NCBI RefSeq assembly: GCF_000150275.1
Contig: NW_002060986.1
Span: forward strand, 61,821-96,624
Origin: Trichoplax adhaerens
Lineage: Eukaryota; Animalia; Placozoa
Direction of reading: 5' to 3'
Length of the DNA: 34,804 bases
Positions within the stretch are counted from its first letter, which is position 1. The number at the start of each line of letters is the position of its first letter. The notes beneath the pieces were generated by a model that saw nothing but the letters and a program-made list of their open reading frames with translations, ran no database searches and was not told where the DNA came from. Of this stretch, positions 10,681 through 28,168 are shown in pieces. The translations under genes and the position numbers were made by a program.

Positions 10681-11512
10681 CTCCACTAATGTGCTGTCGA
10701 TTGATGTATAAAATTATGTTACATTGGTTAATACTCAGGAATTGGAAAGGAAAAAGATCACGCTGTATATAGCAGGGACTACTGAGAGAGAGAGAGAGCC
10801 TGTACTGCACGTACAGCACACTACACTAATGTCGATTGATGGATATATTATGTTACATTGGTTAATACTCAAGAATTGGAAAGGAAAAAGATCATGCTGT
10901 ACAGTGCTAGAAGAGAACTACAATATACTTATAGCAGGGACTACTGAGAAAAGAGAGAGAGAGTCCGTCTCTCAGTAGTCCTGACAAGAGTTGATCTTGA
11001 TGTTCTGTACAACTGTTCAATTCACTGTTTTAGACTGTAAGTACAGTACTTTACTGCATGTACACAGCACACTACATTAATGTCGATTGATGGATATATT
11101 ATGTTACTCAAGAATTGAACATTATATTCAAGAATTGGAAAGGAAAAAGATCACGCTGTACAGTGCTAGAAGAGAACTACAATGTACTATAGCAGGGACT
11201 ACTGAGAGAGAGAGAGAGAGACTGTACTTCACGTACAGCACACTACACTAATGTCGATTGATGGATATATTATGTTACATTGGTTAATACTCAAGAATTG
11301 AACATCAAATTCAAGAATTGGAAAGGAAAAAGATCACGCTGTACAGTGCTAGAAGAGAACTACAATGGACTATAGCAGGGACTACTAAGAGAGAGAGAGA
11401 GAGAGAGAGTCCGTCTCTCAGTAGTCCTGACAAGAGTTGAACTTGACGTTCTGTACAACTGTTCAATTCGATATTCTAGAGTGCACAGCACACTACAGTA
11501 AAAAATGTCGAT
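10681..11512. repeat. Tandem array of ~4.2 related units (about 130-250 bp) with (GA)n and an internal hairpin
   Basis: Units start at ~10681, 10811, 11059, 11233 and (partial) 11483. They share ACAGCACACTACACTAATGTCGATTGATGGATATATTATGTTAC..GAATTGGAAAGGAAAAAGATCACGCTGTA..TAGCAGGGACTACTGAGAGAG. Confidence 0.92.
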
Positions 11513-11764
11513 GGCGATGTAATGGGCTATAAATAGATTTGATCGTCAGTACCTAGGGAAGGTATTGCTGATGAAGCAATCTTGCAGCAAATGATTCTAT
11601 CGGTCTCTATTGCGAAATGAATTCATCACTGCAATTCCCACATAATATAGATAGATATTAAAACATGGCCTAGTTGCATATAGAATGGATAGTAGTATAT
11701 TCAATATTCTTGTTTACATTTCTATCGGTATAGAATGATATACTGCATTATAATCAATTGTTAA

Positions 11765-12660
11765 GGTAGTTGGCAAAACATGGCTTCATGTTGCTGTTCC
11801 TAGGGTGCATGTCATCGGGTTCTAGAGTAGAAATGATTTCATGCCAGTTCGTATGCATGCTGGTCGTTGTATATATATATTATTCCTTATTGAATCAAAT
11901 AAATGGATTCATTAAGAATTATTCTCATTGAATACTAACTACGGTAATGAATCAAGAATGATTAATAGACATCATGAATGATTTACCTTCTTTATTTGCA
12001 ATAAGTTAATAATTTATTATACACTGCTTTTGGCTTTAAAGTGATATATTATTATTTTTTTTTTTTGGGGGGGGGGGAAATACGGCAAGATGATTAGACT
12101 AGCAAATTCTAGCCGTCTAAATGTGCGATTTTCTTGTATCTCTTACGGCCTGATCTCACTTCTGCCTTTATTGTCGTCCTTTTCTATAGCAACATGAGCT
12201 AGAATACTTGATAGTACTTCTATAACATAATGATATAACATAGGCTTGGCTGTAACATATATATAAATAGAAGCTTGGCTTTCCTTAGGAACTACTCAAT
12301 AACAAATTGTCCTTACTGCATACAACCAGGATTTATAATGAATAAGATGCTATAAGATATCTTGCTGAGTATTTCCTGCTTGTCTTTGCAAGCACAAATC
12401 CGAGCTCTTAACTGACAAATTTGGGAACAAGCTTGATTGCTACCCCTATTCTCTCCATTGTATCATACCATACTGCGCAACAACTTCCATGCTATATCGA
12501 CCCATTGCGTGAATATGAAACACTATCATCGAGTCCAGACTACGCTCAATTCATTGTAGCGACTGTAAAGGTATAAAAGGGAATCCCTGTAGTCTATTCC
12601 TTTCAAATCTGAAGCCTGCAACCGCCTAGTTTGGGCAATGATTTTATCCAGGATCGTTAA
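11765..12660 (+). pseudogene. Possible decayed ankyrin-repeat + SOCS-box (ASB-like) gene
   Basis: Ankyrin-like fragments: GKTWLHVAV (11772), SLLHTTRIYNE*DAIRYLAE (12310), SPLYHTILRNNFHAI (12452). SOCS-box-like fragments: TLNSL*RL (12542) and QI*SLQPPSLGNDFI (12604). Many stops and frameshifts. Confidence 0.35.
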
Positions 12661-12888
12661 GCAGAATCAAAGATGACTTGTACATCAAATTCTAGATAGG
12701 TTCAGAGCGTGCTTCTACATCCAGTGTTGACTAGGAAAGGAAATGAACCTTTGATTGACAACCATTTAGAAGATTACAACAGTTTTAGCCAATACCAATC
12801 CATAGACTATTATACACGGTGTACTGCAGTAAGTTGATTTTGTCATCGCTGGTTATGCCGTGCTACTACGATTAGTTAACTTTCCACC

Positions 12889-17248
<4,360 letters not shown>

Positions 17249-19531
17249 CTAAATACCTAGGTACATCGGCTCTGTTAGTTAGATTGATAAACAAGAACGG
17301 CAGTAGCGACTGCCTCTCGTCTCTTCATTATGCTATTTGCAACATTTGGATCGTATACATCGTTCTAGAATTAATACTGGCCGCTATATGTGCTCTCTAT
17401 ATAAGATAACGACTGTGATTATAGTTACTGTAAAGCTCTATCAAATTTAAGATGAAATTATGGTATTGTATATATAAGTAAATCGTTATTTGGTTTATGC
17501 TTTCAATCGATTTATGAATATCACGAACTCTGCACTTTACTCTTGTAACACATTTTTGAATTGCACGTTATAGGGATACTATTTTAGCGCTACAACTAAA
17601 TCACTATTTCCCTAAACTTGCTTTCATTCGCCTAGAATATCTGTGACATAACTTTATTATATCTTTTTGCGACTTTCAGTCGCAGATAAATAAACTAAAT
17701 ATATTAAAACAGTGGATGATTGTAATCATCAATCGCATTTATTTCTAAAGGACAATAACATAGCCTTTCTTTAGGAATTGTTCGATTGGATTAAACTATA
17801 AATTAAATATCGTTATTTAACTGCGTGTCGGATATAATCGATTCTTTTCTATTGGAGAGTTGATATAATTAGAACGACAGTCTTTAAACTTTCGCAAACT
17901 ACAACTGTTATGATATTATGATACTAATAAGCGTTTTGTTATATCTATATTTATCGTTCAGAATATGTTCTTGCTGTTTATAATTTCATACGATTAAATA
18001 GACTACTCATAACGTAGAAAGTATGCTTTCCTTTATTACATTTATTCTTAAATTTAAATCGTTGCTCAGCAACGATAATATGATTCTGAGAAATATTTTT
18101 ATTAAAATCAGCTGCTACTAATATCTATGATATATAAATAAGTGTTATAGATACGAATATTTGAATATAAGAGAAAATTACCTTGAAATAAACTTGCAGC
18201 CATGATAGCAATCTGGAGATACGCGTACCTGTAACTATGTTAAGATATACATGTACATAAAGTGAAATAAAGAAATTAAATATTATTTTGATGATTATAT
18301 CCTTGAAGGCTGTAGATAAAAGGACTAATTGCAATGTGTTAATTAAGTTAACTTTAAGATCATCATAGAAATTATAAGCAGTACTTCATAATATCAGTAA
18401 ACAAAGAAACATCATAACTAGTTAAGCTCATCTTTAATTTTTACTTTTGATGAAATTAAGTAAAATCAAGGGGTAGCAACCTATAACTTATTTATTATCA
18501 ATTAGATAATTTACAGTTGAAATGATACCTTTTAGATGTACATTGTACATGCAGTTTACATAATATAAATATTATCTACTAAACAATACCTTCTTAGTGA
18601 GAATATAAAGAAATCTTTGTTACCTGATTTCAATAATTAAATGAAGTAAATTTTAAAAGCAAGCCTTACGTGTTAAGAATCATTTGTCTACCTAAGACAA
18701 TATCATCATTATTTATTCGAGTTTTAATTAATTTTTATGAAGTGACTAGAGTCATTTAATTTATACCAATAACTAGGATAACTACGGCGTTCCATGATAT
18801 TACTATTATGGATAAGATATGCAATTATAAGGTAAATTAAGAACATACCCATAGTTATATCATTAAATTTTTTTGGGGGGGACATGTTTAGATTATTTGG
18901 AAGAGTGGCCGAATATAAAGTTAATTTACACCTTAGGTTGTAATGCATTAGAACTAACCGTCTTATCTGATTTTATCTTAAGAGGATGTATTACAATACT
19001 TTAAATTCATAGAGATGAATATTCTAGTAACACTGATAGCTACGTATGTATATTCATAAATGCGTATCAATTATTGTTATTGAAAGCGATTCTCAAAATA
19101 ATCGATTCAAATTATATAAAATGGAACATGCAAATATAGCCAATATGGCATTTGATGACCTCATTGGAAGAGATCGATGAGGTAAAAGTAATCAATGGTT
19201 TGAATGATTTAATGTTATATAAATAAAATCAATACTGCTTTGATGCTGAGCACTTTACAATTAGTTTAGAATCAACATTATTGCAGCTGGTTTATATTTT
19301 GAGCGTTGCCGGATTATGATTGAGCAATTAACAAATTTTCACAATAGAGAAAACGATGAATGCCATTATCAGCAAATGTCGTCATATGCAGATATGATAA
19401 ACAATATATATTTGGAAATGTTTATCCTTACCGTTAAAAGATAGTAAAATCAGTAGTTGAAATATTATTGAATAATGTGAAATTGAACACTTGGATGTAC
19501 AGATAGACAAGGTACACAAAATAAATAATAC

Positions 19532-19612
19532 NNNNNNNNNNNNNNNNNNNNNNNNNNNNNNNNNNNNNNNNNNNNNNNNNNNNNNNNNNNNNNNNNNNNN
19601 NNNNNNNNNNNN
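19532..19612. other. Assembly gap (N run)
   Basis: Run of N. Confidence 1.
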
Positions 19613-19944
19613 TATAGAGAGTAAAATCCGATATGAAAAGTAGAATTATAAATCTATTATAGTTTAGAAACGATCTAAAGATTTGGAATTCGTTTGTAAA
19701 TATTAAATCCATTATTTTTCAACTAAAATGAATGACGTATTAATAATTTTTATTGTTAGGTAATATTAGCTTGATCTCTTAAAAACATTTTAATAACAAT
19801 AAACAACAACATTAATCGTTAAAAACAGATATGCTGTATTGTAGTGTTAGGCAAAATGCTATATTCAATTAAAAATCTCACATATGTATAAAAGTAAACG
19901 TGTTGCTCTCTGTTACTTCATTATATGACCAGAACCAGATTGCG

Positions 19945-22900
19945 ATGGAGCGTCCGACGAGATTTTATTTGGCACTCTTACTGATCAGCTCTATTTTAAT
20001 ACAGGTAGTAAAAACAAGATTAAGAAATAATTGATATGAAACTACACTGCATCATTTAGCAAAGCTGTAATTTTTATATTCGATATCTTCTGTATCTTTC
20101 TCTATATTTTACGTTATCTTATAAATTTTTGTAATGGCTAATTGCAAAGATGGGCAAAAATGAATTTTACTCACTTAATTTGTATTCCATTTCACTCGAT
20201 AATGCTATCTATACTATTCCTATAATGTATAATTCAATTCTGGAATTTAAGGTATACCGATTAATTTCAATTTTAATATTGCAATATATAAGGAAAATTC
20301 TGTGACTGATCTTCAATCCCTCTTCGTATCTGTACTTTCAGCTATCACTGATTACTTATTTTTTTCCGTGTCGTTTATTTTACTCTACAAGGCCTCTTCT
20401 TTAAGACAAGTTAATTTATCTAAATTTCTTACTACAGATTAAATCATATTTTATCACTGAAAAAAGAAAATAGATTGCAACAGACTGTGATTGAAAATTA
20501 AAACGAAAGCGACCTTTTTGATTAATCTTTTGTGAAATTCAGCCTTATTGAAGATTAACTTTAATTAATCAGTCTGATATTGTCAAGCAATATCTTCAAA
20601 ATTAGAGTCATACGAAGTATATACGAGTAGTGGGATAACAAAATTTGGATATTGATAATAAGCAGTATTCCTAAATTTTAGCAATACTACAGTATTTAAT
20701 GCTTTTGCCATATATGAATAATATCCTCTTATCGACAAGATCATAGCAGTTTGTATATCAGTATGCTACAATTAGTAGTATCGAAATATTCTTTGAATTA
20801 TTTAGCATAAGAGGTAATTCAGGAATATCTCTGATAATATCTTAGTAAGTGAAAACTAGCGATTGAAAATGAACCATAGTAAAAAATTACTACGAAATCG
20901 TTACCCTTACAATTATTTAAATCACAGTAACTAATATTTTGCTGTTACATAAGATATTCCAAATGAAATTTATTAACACCCCGATAGTTCTATATAAAAT
21001 CTAAGATTTAAAAAAATATACAGTAATAACTTTGTGGATCCCCTCTGTTACGGAAACTTCTCTAATATTGAATAATCTCTTCTAATTAATTAAGTTTAAT
21101 TCTCATATTAATACAGTACCGTAAAATAGTATACTTTTCTTTTGAGATTGATGGCAAAAGTCATATCAATTAATTTAGATTAACGGCTGTGATAATACTA
21201 ATTGGAAGATTGTATTGTACCTTTGTTTATTTCCTATGAATTAAAATCAAAATATGTCATCTATGAAATAATATCCTTTCAAGTAATTGATCAAATTTTA
21301 TTAATCAACAGTTTGCTATTATGGTTGAAACTGCAGGAACTACTGCACCAACATCAGGTAAAATAATTGTTTAATAATATTTTACGTAATAATTGAATAT
21401 TTATATGACCTGACATGCTCGTAGATCTATAAATAGTACGGGCGGCACAAGAATTTACCATGCAGTCATTCATTTATTTATTTACTGATAAAGCATTGGG
21501 TGATAAAATTCCATTGTTAAAATATAGTTTCCGATGACATCCAATTATTAGAAAAAATTTGTTAATCAATGGTGCAGTAGACAATTAATAGTCATCTTAT
21601 CAATATAATCTTTGCAATTAAATATAATCTACCTGGTCTTTTTCCATTGTTTAATATTCTGAAGATAATTAGTTTATAAGGTCCTAACTCTACTACTATT
21701 TCGGTGGACCTGTAGTACGGTGTATCATGCATGAACTGCAGTTATGTGCAATTAGGTACTGTCAAATGATTCATGATAAAGTATGCTCATATGATTTACG
21801 GCCAATACCGTTCATACCTGCGGTTTCTCTGATAATTAATGTATGATAATAGCTATTGGCTGATTAATGTAGAAGTCAATAGTAGAATAAGAAGATTTAT
21901 TATCTAAAAGCGATTGTTGTACTTCTAAAGTTTACGATAAATTCAGTTAAGCGGACAATTGCCTAGAATATATTTTATTCAATTGGTACTAATGGTACCA
22001 TGCTAAATACGATCTCTATTGAAATGGGCCTGAGCTAATATTTAATATGTCAGCAAAATTATGTATTTACTATAGCTATACGGATTATCTAATATAATCT
22101 AATTAGTGTTCTAGGATTGATGAAATATTCAAATTTCGGTATGAAACTTATCATACGAATATTCGTATACTACAGAAAGGAAAGATCATATTAATTTATA
22201 GATATAATTAAATGGAGTTTTCTCGCTAGTTTATCTTTTTATTTTATGTACACGTAAGATGACCGTATTTATTCTTTGGTGAGATATAACTCATATCCGA
22301 ACGCAATGTGGATTAACAAAATTATTATTTTATCTTAATAAAGAATCTTTTGATCATTATATAACGAATTTATATGTCTTATTTCACATTAAACGAACGA
22401 TTAGTTCTACTAGAATACTAAATTAGTGAGTGTTACAACTGATGTTCCCTGTTAATAAGAAGCCTTCAATTTCGAAATTTAATATCGATTTGCAAATAGT
22501 CATTTAAATCCAATTTCGAGATATTCTAAGTTGGCACCACAATTTACCAAACTTTGTTTTTTTAGCAGTAGAATCTGTTATTGAAAACACATCTATTGAC
22601 TTAACAAGAGGTTTACAATTAATGGAAGCAGTCTATGCAGAGTTTTCATTTAATTAAAGGCTTATCTTTAGTGGTTAATAGATTATCTAATTTGATGATA
22701 TGATAGTATTGGCCTCATAGTGGTGTTTAGTTAACTTTTATGAATTTACTGCAATTAATAATTATTTGCATGAAATATGATCTTACGACAGTGCGTATCT
22801 TGTCATCAAAAAAATTTCCCTAATTTCTATCTATAAGTAACTACACTCAAAGTAGGGCTCTGTTTATTGTTATACGACGCAGGATTTTAGATGTTGGAAT

Positions 22901-25900
22901 AAGCTATGGCACGGGGAATAGACGCAAACTAAACTGTGTTTTTTAATATTAAGATTCTCTACTTAGTTAATTTGACTACCGAATTTCACTAATGCTGGTA
23001 TTCGTTTTGCAGTAATAATAATTATTATTAAATAAATGATATTAGATGCCATTATTAGTATTTTTACAGGAATGATCAGTTGATATGGACAAGCTAACTA
23101 AGCGTTTCTTTTAAACATTAGATAATCAGTCTTTGGATAAATGCGGACTGGATGGGCAAACATGTCATCATCATGCCAAATGCATCATGATAAATAACTT
23201 GCCATCTAAAACATCAATATTTACTTGCGAATGCCGACTTGGATTTATCGGGAATGGCACATGGTGTCAAGGTTTGTTTTGAATTGAATTAATTAGGTAT
23301 TATAAAATACTCTAGTGATTAGTTGCATTTAAATCTACCATCATTAACCATATTTGGCGACAAAACAAGTTTAATAATCGTAATCTTTCATGTTAACCTT
23401 AATCAAATCACGAAGTCCTTATTATTATTGATCTTCGTCACAGTTTTAATTGCAATCGACTTTCTACTTATTGGGTTGGTGACATTAGTGAAAGAAATGA
23501 TCTTTTGTTGCTGATTTCATTACACCTTGAAAGCTGTCACTTATATCATAAATGATCTGTAAACCTTCGGTTAGACAACATTACTTTTATAGACATTGAT
23601 ACGTTCTAATGCAACAAATAACTTGCGAATGTCATATATATCGCCTTTTGTATTCATAATCTTTAATACAACCCTTAATTCTTATATTTCACTTTTGGTA
23701 CAGTATATTATAATGATGTTGTAAATTGTAGTACATTACGAATTATCAAATTAAAGACCTAACGAAGGCATGATATCTACTATTTATACACCTTCTATTC
23801 GAGATAATGCGTAGTATTTCACCCTGTTTGTTGAGTTACCACGTACTCTGGCTGCTATCACTCGATCTTTTGATTTTATTGTGGAGAAAAGCTTGACTTA
23901 TATTGTATACCATTTGATTTCCATTTCTAGAAAAGCAAACAGTAGCTATTGAATTAATAGCCAGTGCTCCTATAATTAGTATATTGATTATCAAATATAC
24001 AACTACTTAAGCTAATATAGATCTCCTTAGTTATAAATAGTATGTATATTTAGTCGAAATGTTAACATTTTTTAATTAACTAAATTATCCCTTTTATCAA
24101 TCAGTATAACAGTGACTCCTACAAGTATGTTTACCTATTGCCAATTTAGGTAAAACTGCATATTCATTTAGAGTTTAAATAGCTCCATTATCTCAATTTT
24201 CATTAATACAACAATTCGCTATTTATTATAAGCTAGGCATAATGAGCCTAAATGATAAATTTTTACTACTTTCTCTGCATTTCTTGTAAATTCTAGATCA
24301 GTATCGCTGACAAAACTAGTCCAGCAGCACTACTACGTTAGTACTTCCGTTACGATTAGTTTATATAGCACTATATAGGCTTCAGCGTTGAGGGTTTTGT
24401 GGGTATAATTATAATCTTATAATTACTGATATTTGCTTGTGACTAAGGCAAAGATAAGCAAGAGATGAATTTTGCCAATGATTCCGTATTGTTATCGACC
24501 TTTAGATCAGTTTTATGGAACGACTGAACTTATTGTTAATGTAATGATTCGAAAACTGTTTTGTTACTTATGTTAATTAGAAGACATCTCTATCGCGACA
24601 CATTTTAAACGTTGTAATAGTTTTTCTGATTTAATAATTGTTTTGGTAGATGAAAGTGTTGATTCTATACTGTACTAAATTTAGTAATTCAGTTATTTAG
24701 TGCACATAATAAAAAGGCGCACATTATTCTTTGCCGTATGATCATATGCAGTTTACGATCATAATAAATTCTAATTAGAAAAGTTATGCGATAGTTTATT
24801 AGGTGGATAAAACAGCAATAAAATGTTATATACAACTTATCACAATATTACAACTGAAGACGAATACCGTTGTTTACAGTAACTACAATATCCGATACTA
24901 TTATCACTCACCTTATTCTATTTATCTGTCAATTTAATATAAATAAGCATGTCTCATGTTTATTGATATTTTATTAAAAAGATGAAGTTAACACATTGAT
25001 TTTCTCAGTTATTACGTTTGTCGTACATGAATGACATAAGCAAACATTTGATGTTTTCATAAATCAGAGATGAGAATAATATTTTTTTAATATTGTACCT
25101 AGATATCGACGAATGCAAAACAAAGCCATCCATATGCCCATATGAATATCAAGAATGTGTCAATACATTAGGATCATATCGGTGTCAGTGTGATGAACTA
25201 AGAAGAAATGGTAGTTATTACAGCCATAATTGCTCAAGTAAGTGGACAACTGCTTTAATTAATTTGGCATATTCCTTGCATAGTCAATAAAATACCCTTA
25301 GAATCTATATCAAATACCTTATAGGGTACCAAATAATATTATTAAAAATTAGATTACCACGAAATTATTGTACAGTATATTATGTTCGGCATACACGTAT
25401 CTTGTAATTTTGTCTTTAGTTTTTTAATTGTATTTAACTATCGGTAAAGTAGAATTGATAACTCTAACATTTTGCAGCATTTAATCATATGTTAGTAGTA
25501 GCTAAATTTCGTTGTGCTAAATTGTTGTTTACAATTTAAATTATGAACACTACTATGGTCAAATTATATTCTTCCATATTAGTTTATTCACGCGTACGAA
25601 TTACTACATCAAATTTGTATTAATGGTAGAAACAGAATTTGTGACTGAAATCTATTTTATTCTAAATTATATTTAAGAATGTGCCTTGGAATGTGAAAAT
25701 GGCAAAATATGCATGGTGCATAATATAACAACTGCCTTTTGCATGTAAGTTAGATATTTGCTGTGCATATATATCTTACTATCGTATCAAATATATGGAG
25801 CTAAACTACTTATGAATTTAGCCCATAATATTAATTCTAAATTATGCAACGTTAATATATTTTAAAAATCAGCGTTAAAACCTAACCAGCATATTTATCT

Positions 25901-27633
25901 AAATTTAGCATTTTTAACAGCAGTATAAACAATTCAAACATACATAATGTACTGATAACTGAAAGCTTTTTTCGATGTTTGTCACTGTAGACTATTAATA
26001 AATGTGATTATATTATTGTTATAATATATTACTTAGATTTGCATTACATATGAGCTAATTTACTAAAAGTTTACGACTGCAAGAATACTTTACTGGCTTC
26101 TTTGAAAGGTCATATTTAATATTTAATGATTAAACTGCTTTATGTCTTGATTGAAAATTACAGGTGCTTGCCTGGATCGGACTGCTTAGGTCCTTCGAGG
26201 AGTAAGTTTCAGTAAAATACGTTATACGCTAAAATTTTAGACGCATATGCTAGGCCCATTTTAACTGTCGGATTAGCTATTTGCCATTCCGGCCAAATCA
26301 TTCATTACTTTTAAATCTAAAATATAATGATACTACGGTATTATCTCACCGTAGAGAAATTAACGATATTCAGAGGCAAAACCTTATTTAGATGACGAAA
26401 TATATAGTTCATAATTTTAAGACACTTTGCGCCGTAGTATGTGATTTTGACTAATTCACATGAGATTTAACATTACGACTTGACCGATTTTGTCAACGGC
26501 TGTCTTGTACTGATCATCAGATGTCTATGCCGTTAAATGTTGCCGTAGTTATTAGGCATTTAGATATAAATTTACTACCTGGTTTATTCGTGCTATTGAT
26601 ACTTATGATAGCTTCTAGCTTTTCAGTAGAAAGATGTACAAGCCCGGCATTTTATGCAATAGAGTTGGTTCTTAAGTATAGTGCATGACCTGAAGTTAAA
26701 GGCGTATAAATCACTGAGATTTCTAAAATTAGAGATAAGTTTTCCGATTTGTTTTATAGACAGACTTTAGCGCCCTAATAGTGATTCAGAGAGAAGAATT
26801 TCAGATTTAGCCTTTCGTTATCTTGTCACAGAACTGATTTTTGACAGATAGACACTTAAGATGGAAATTTTTCACTTTTAATATTATTTCGTTTAAGGAC
26901 AAAAATTATCTTATAACGTTAGTTATTATGTGAATGATTATGATTATTGAGCTTATATTAGATGATCTAAAAATCGAAAGAAAAAATTTTATTATCATCT
27001 GATTTTATTTACTGTGAATGATATTTAAATTGTTATTATTTATGACGTTTAATAGAAAAATTTGCTGCAACGGCTGGAGTAATTATTGGCTGCGTTGCCG
27101 CTGGAATTGCCGTAGCCTCAGTTTTATTTTTTTGCTACCTAAGATGGAAGAGTCGACGAAGGTATGGAAAAGTTTAGTATTATATTGTCTTTGCTAGATT
27201 AAATAGCAAGGTTAATTCTCATTTCGGTATGAAAGGCGTCCGGTAGCGTAACCTAAATTCTTTAAAACACATTACTCATCCGCCATCTCATTAGAAGCAT
27301 TTATTATTTTAATTATTATAGCTTTAACATAATATTGCTCTAGAATACTGTGGATCTTTAAGTTTTGATTTGAAATCAGAATATGTGCCTATTTTTGAAC
27401 TTTACAACCATATAAACGAGCAGATAGAATATAGAACGATATTTCTGTTAGGCTAATAATTATATAATTTAATAGAATAGTTATTAAAATTATGGTCTAT
27501 ATAGTCCTTTAACTAAGATCAATTCTTAAAATACAGAGAAGCAGAGGAGCAAAAATGGCAAGAAGGAAACGAAATTAAAAATAATGGAGAAGAGAATAAA
27601 GAAAAATCGATGAATAATATTTCTGAAGCGTAA
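19945..27633 (+). CDS. Small type-I transmembrane protein: signal peptide, EGF, calcium-binding EGF, juxtamembrane EGF, TM helix, short cytoplasmic tail (232 aa)
   Basis: Exons 19945-20004, 21312-21357, 23122-23271, 25103-25237, 25678-25744, 26164-26201, 27056-27161 and 27537-27633 total 699 nt with all phases compatible. Signal: MERPTRFYLALLLISSILIQ. EGF1: CGLDGQTCHHHAKC..CECRLGFIGNGTWC. cbEGF: DIDECKTKPSICPYEYQECVNTLGSYRCQC. EGF3: CALECENGKICMVHNITTAFCM|CLPGSDC. TM: FAATAGVIIGCVAAGIAVASVLFFCYL, then basic stop-transfer RWKSRRR. Confidence 0.85.
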
Positions 27634-27737
27634 CAGCCATTTAATGACGGTTATGAATCCCTAAAATTAATTTGATTGCTTTAGTATGACCTACTTTGCT
27701 TTTATTTCTTATGTTCTATTGGCATAATATGACGACT

Positions 27738-28168
27738 NNNNNNNNNNNNNNNNNNNNNNNNNNNNNNNNNNNNNNNNNNNNNNNNNNNNNNNNNNNNNNN
27801 NNNNNNNNNNNNNNNNNNNNNNNNNNNNNNNNNNNNNNNNNNNNNNNNNNNNNNNNNNNNNNNNNNNNNNNNNNNNNNNNNNNNNNNNNNNNNNNNNNNN
27901 NNNNNNNNNNNNNNNNNNNNNNNNNNNNNNNNNNNNNNNNNNNNNNNNNNNNNNNNNNNNNNNNNNNNNNNNNNNNNNNNNNNNNNNNNNNNNNNNNNNN
28001 NNNNNNNNNNNNNNNNNNNNNNNNNNNNNNNNNNNNNNNNNNNNNNNNNNNNNNNNNNNNNNNNNNNNNNNNNNNNNNNNNNNNNNNNNNNNNNNNNNNN
28101 NNNNNNNNNNNNNNNNNNNNNNNNNNNNNNNNNNNNNNNNNNNNNNNNNNNNNNNNNNNNNNNNNNNN
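27738..28168. other. Assembly gap (N run)
   Basis: Run of N. Confidence 1.

Noticed and set aside
10502-10978. ORFs of 66-105 aa overlapping the repeat and pseudogene
   Set aside because: They are alternative frames of repeat or decayed sequence with no recognisable domains.
10681-11512. CRISPR-like appearance of the repeat array
   Set aside because: Units are long and near-identical throughout, with no unique spacers and no cas genes, in a eukaryotic context.
11769-12440. VGKT and GNKLD resembling small-GTPase G1/G4 boxes
   Set aside because: No GxxxxGK or DxxG context; the ankyrin-like reading accounts for more fragments.
22153-22168. 16-bp perfect palindrome ATACGAATATTCGTAT
   Set aside because: Isolated, AT-rich and intronic, with no supporting context.
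24297-24336. Exon-like AG...GTTAGT segment in intron 3 of the EGF gene
   Set aside because: It has an in-frame TGA in the required phase, and its length is not a multiple of three.
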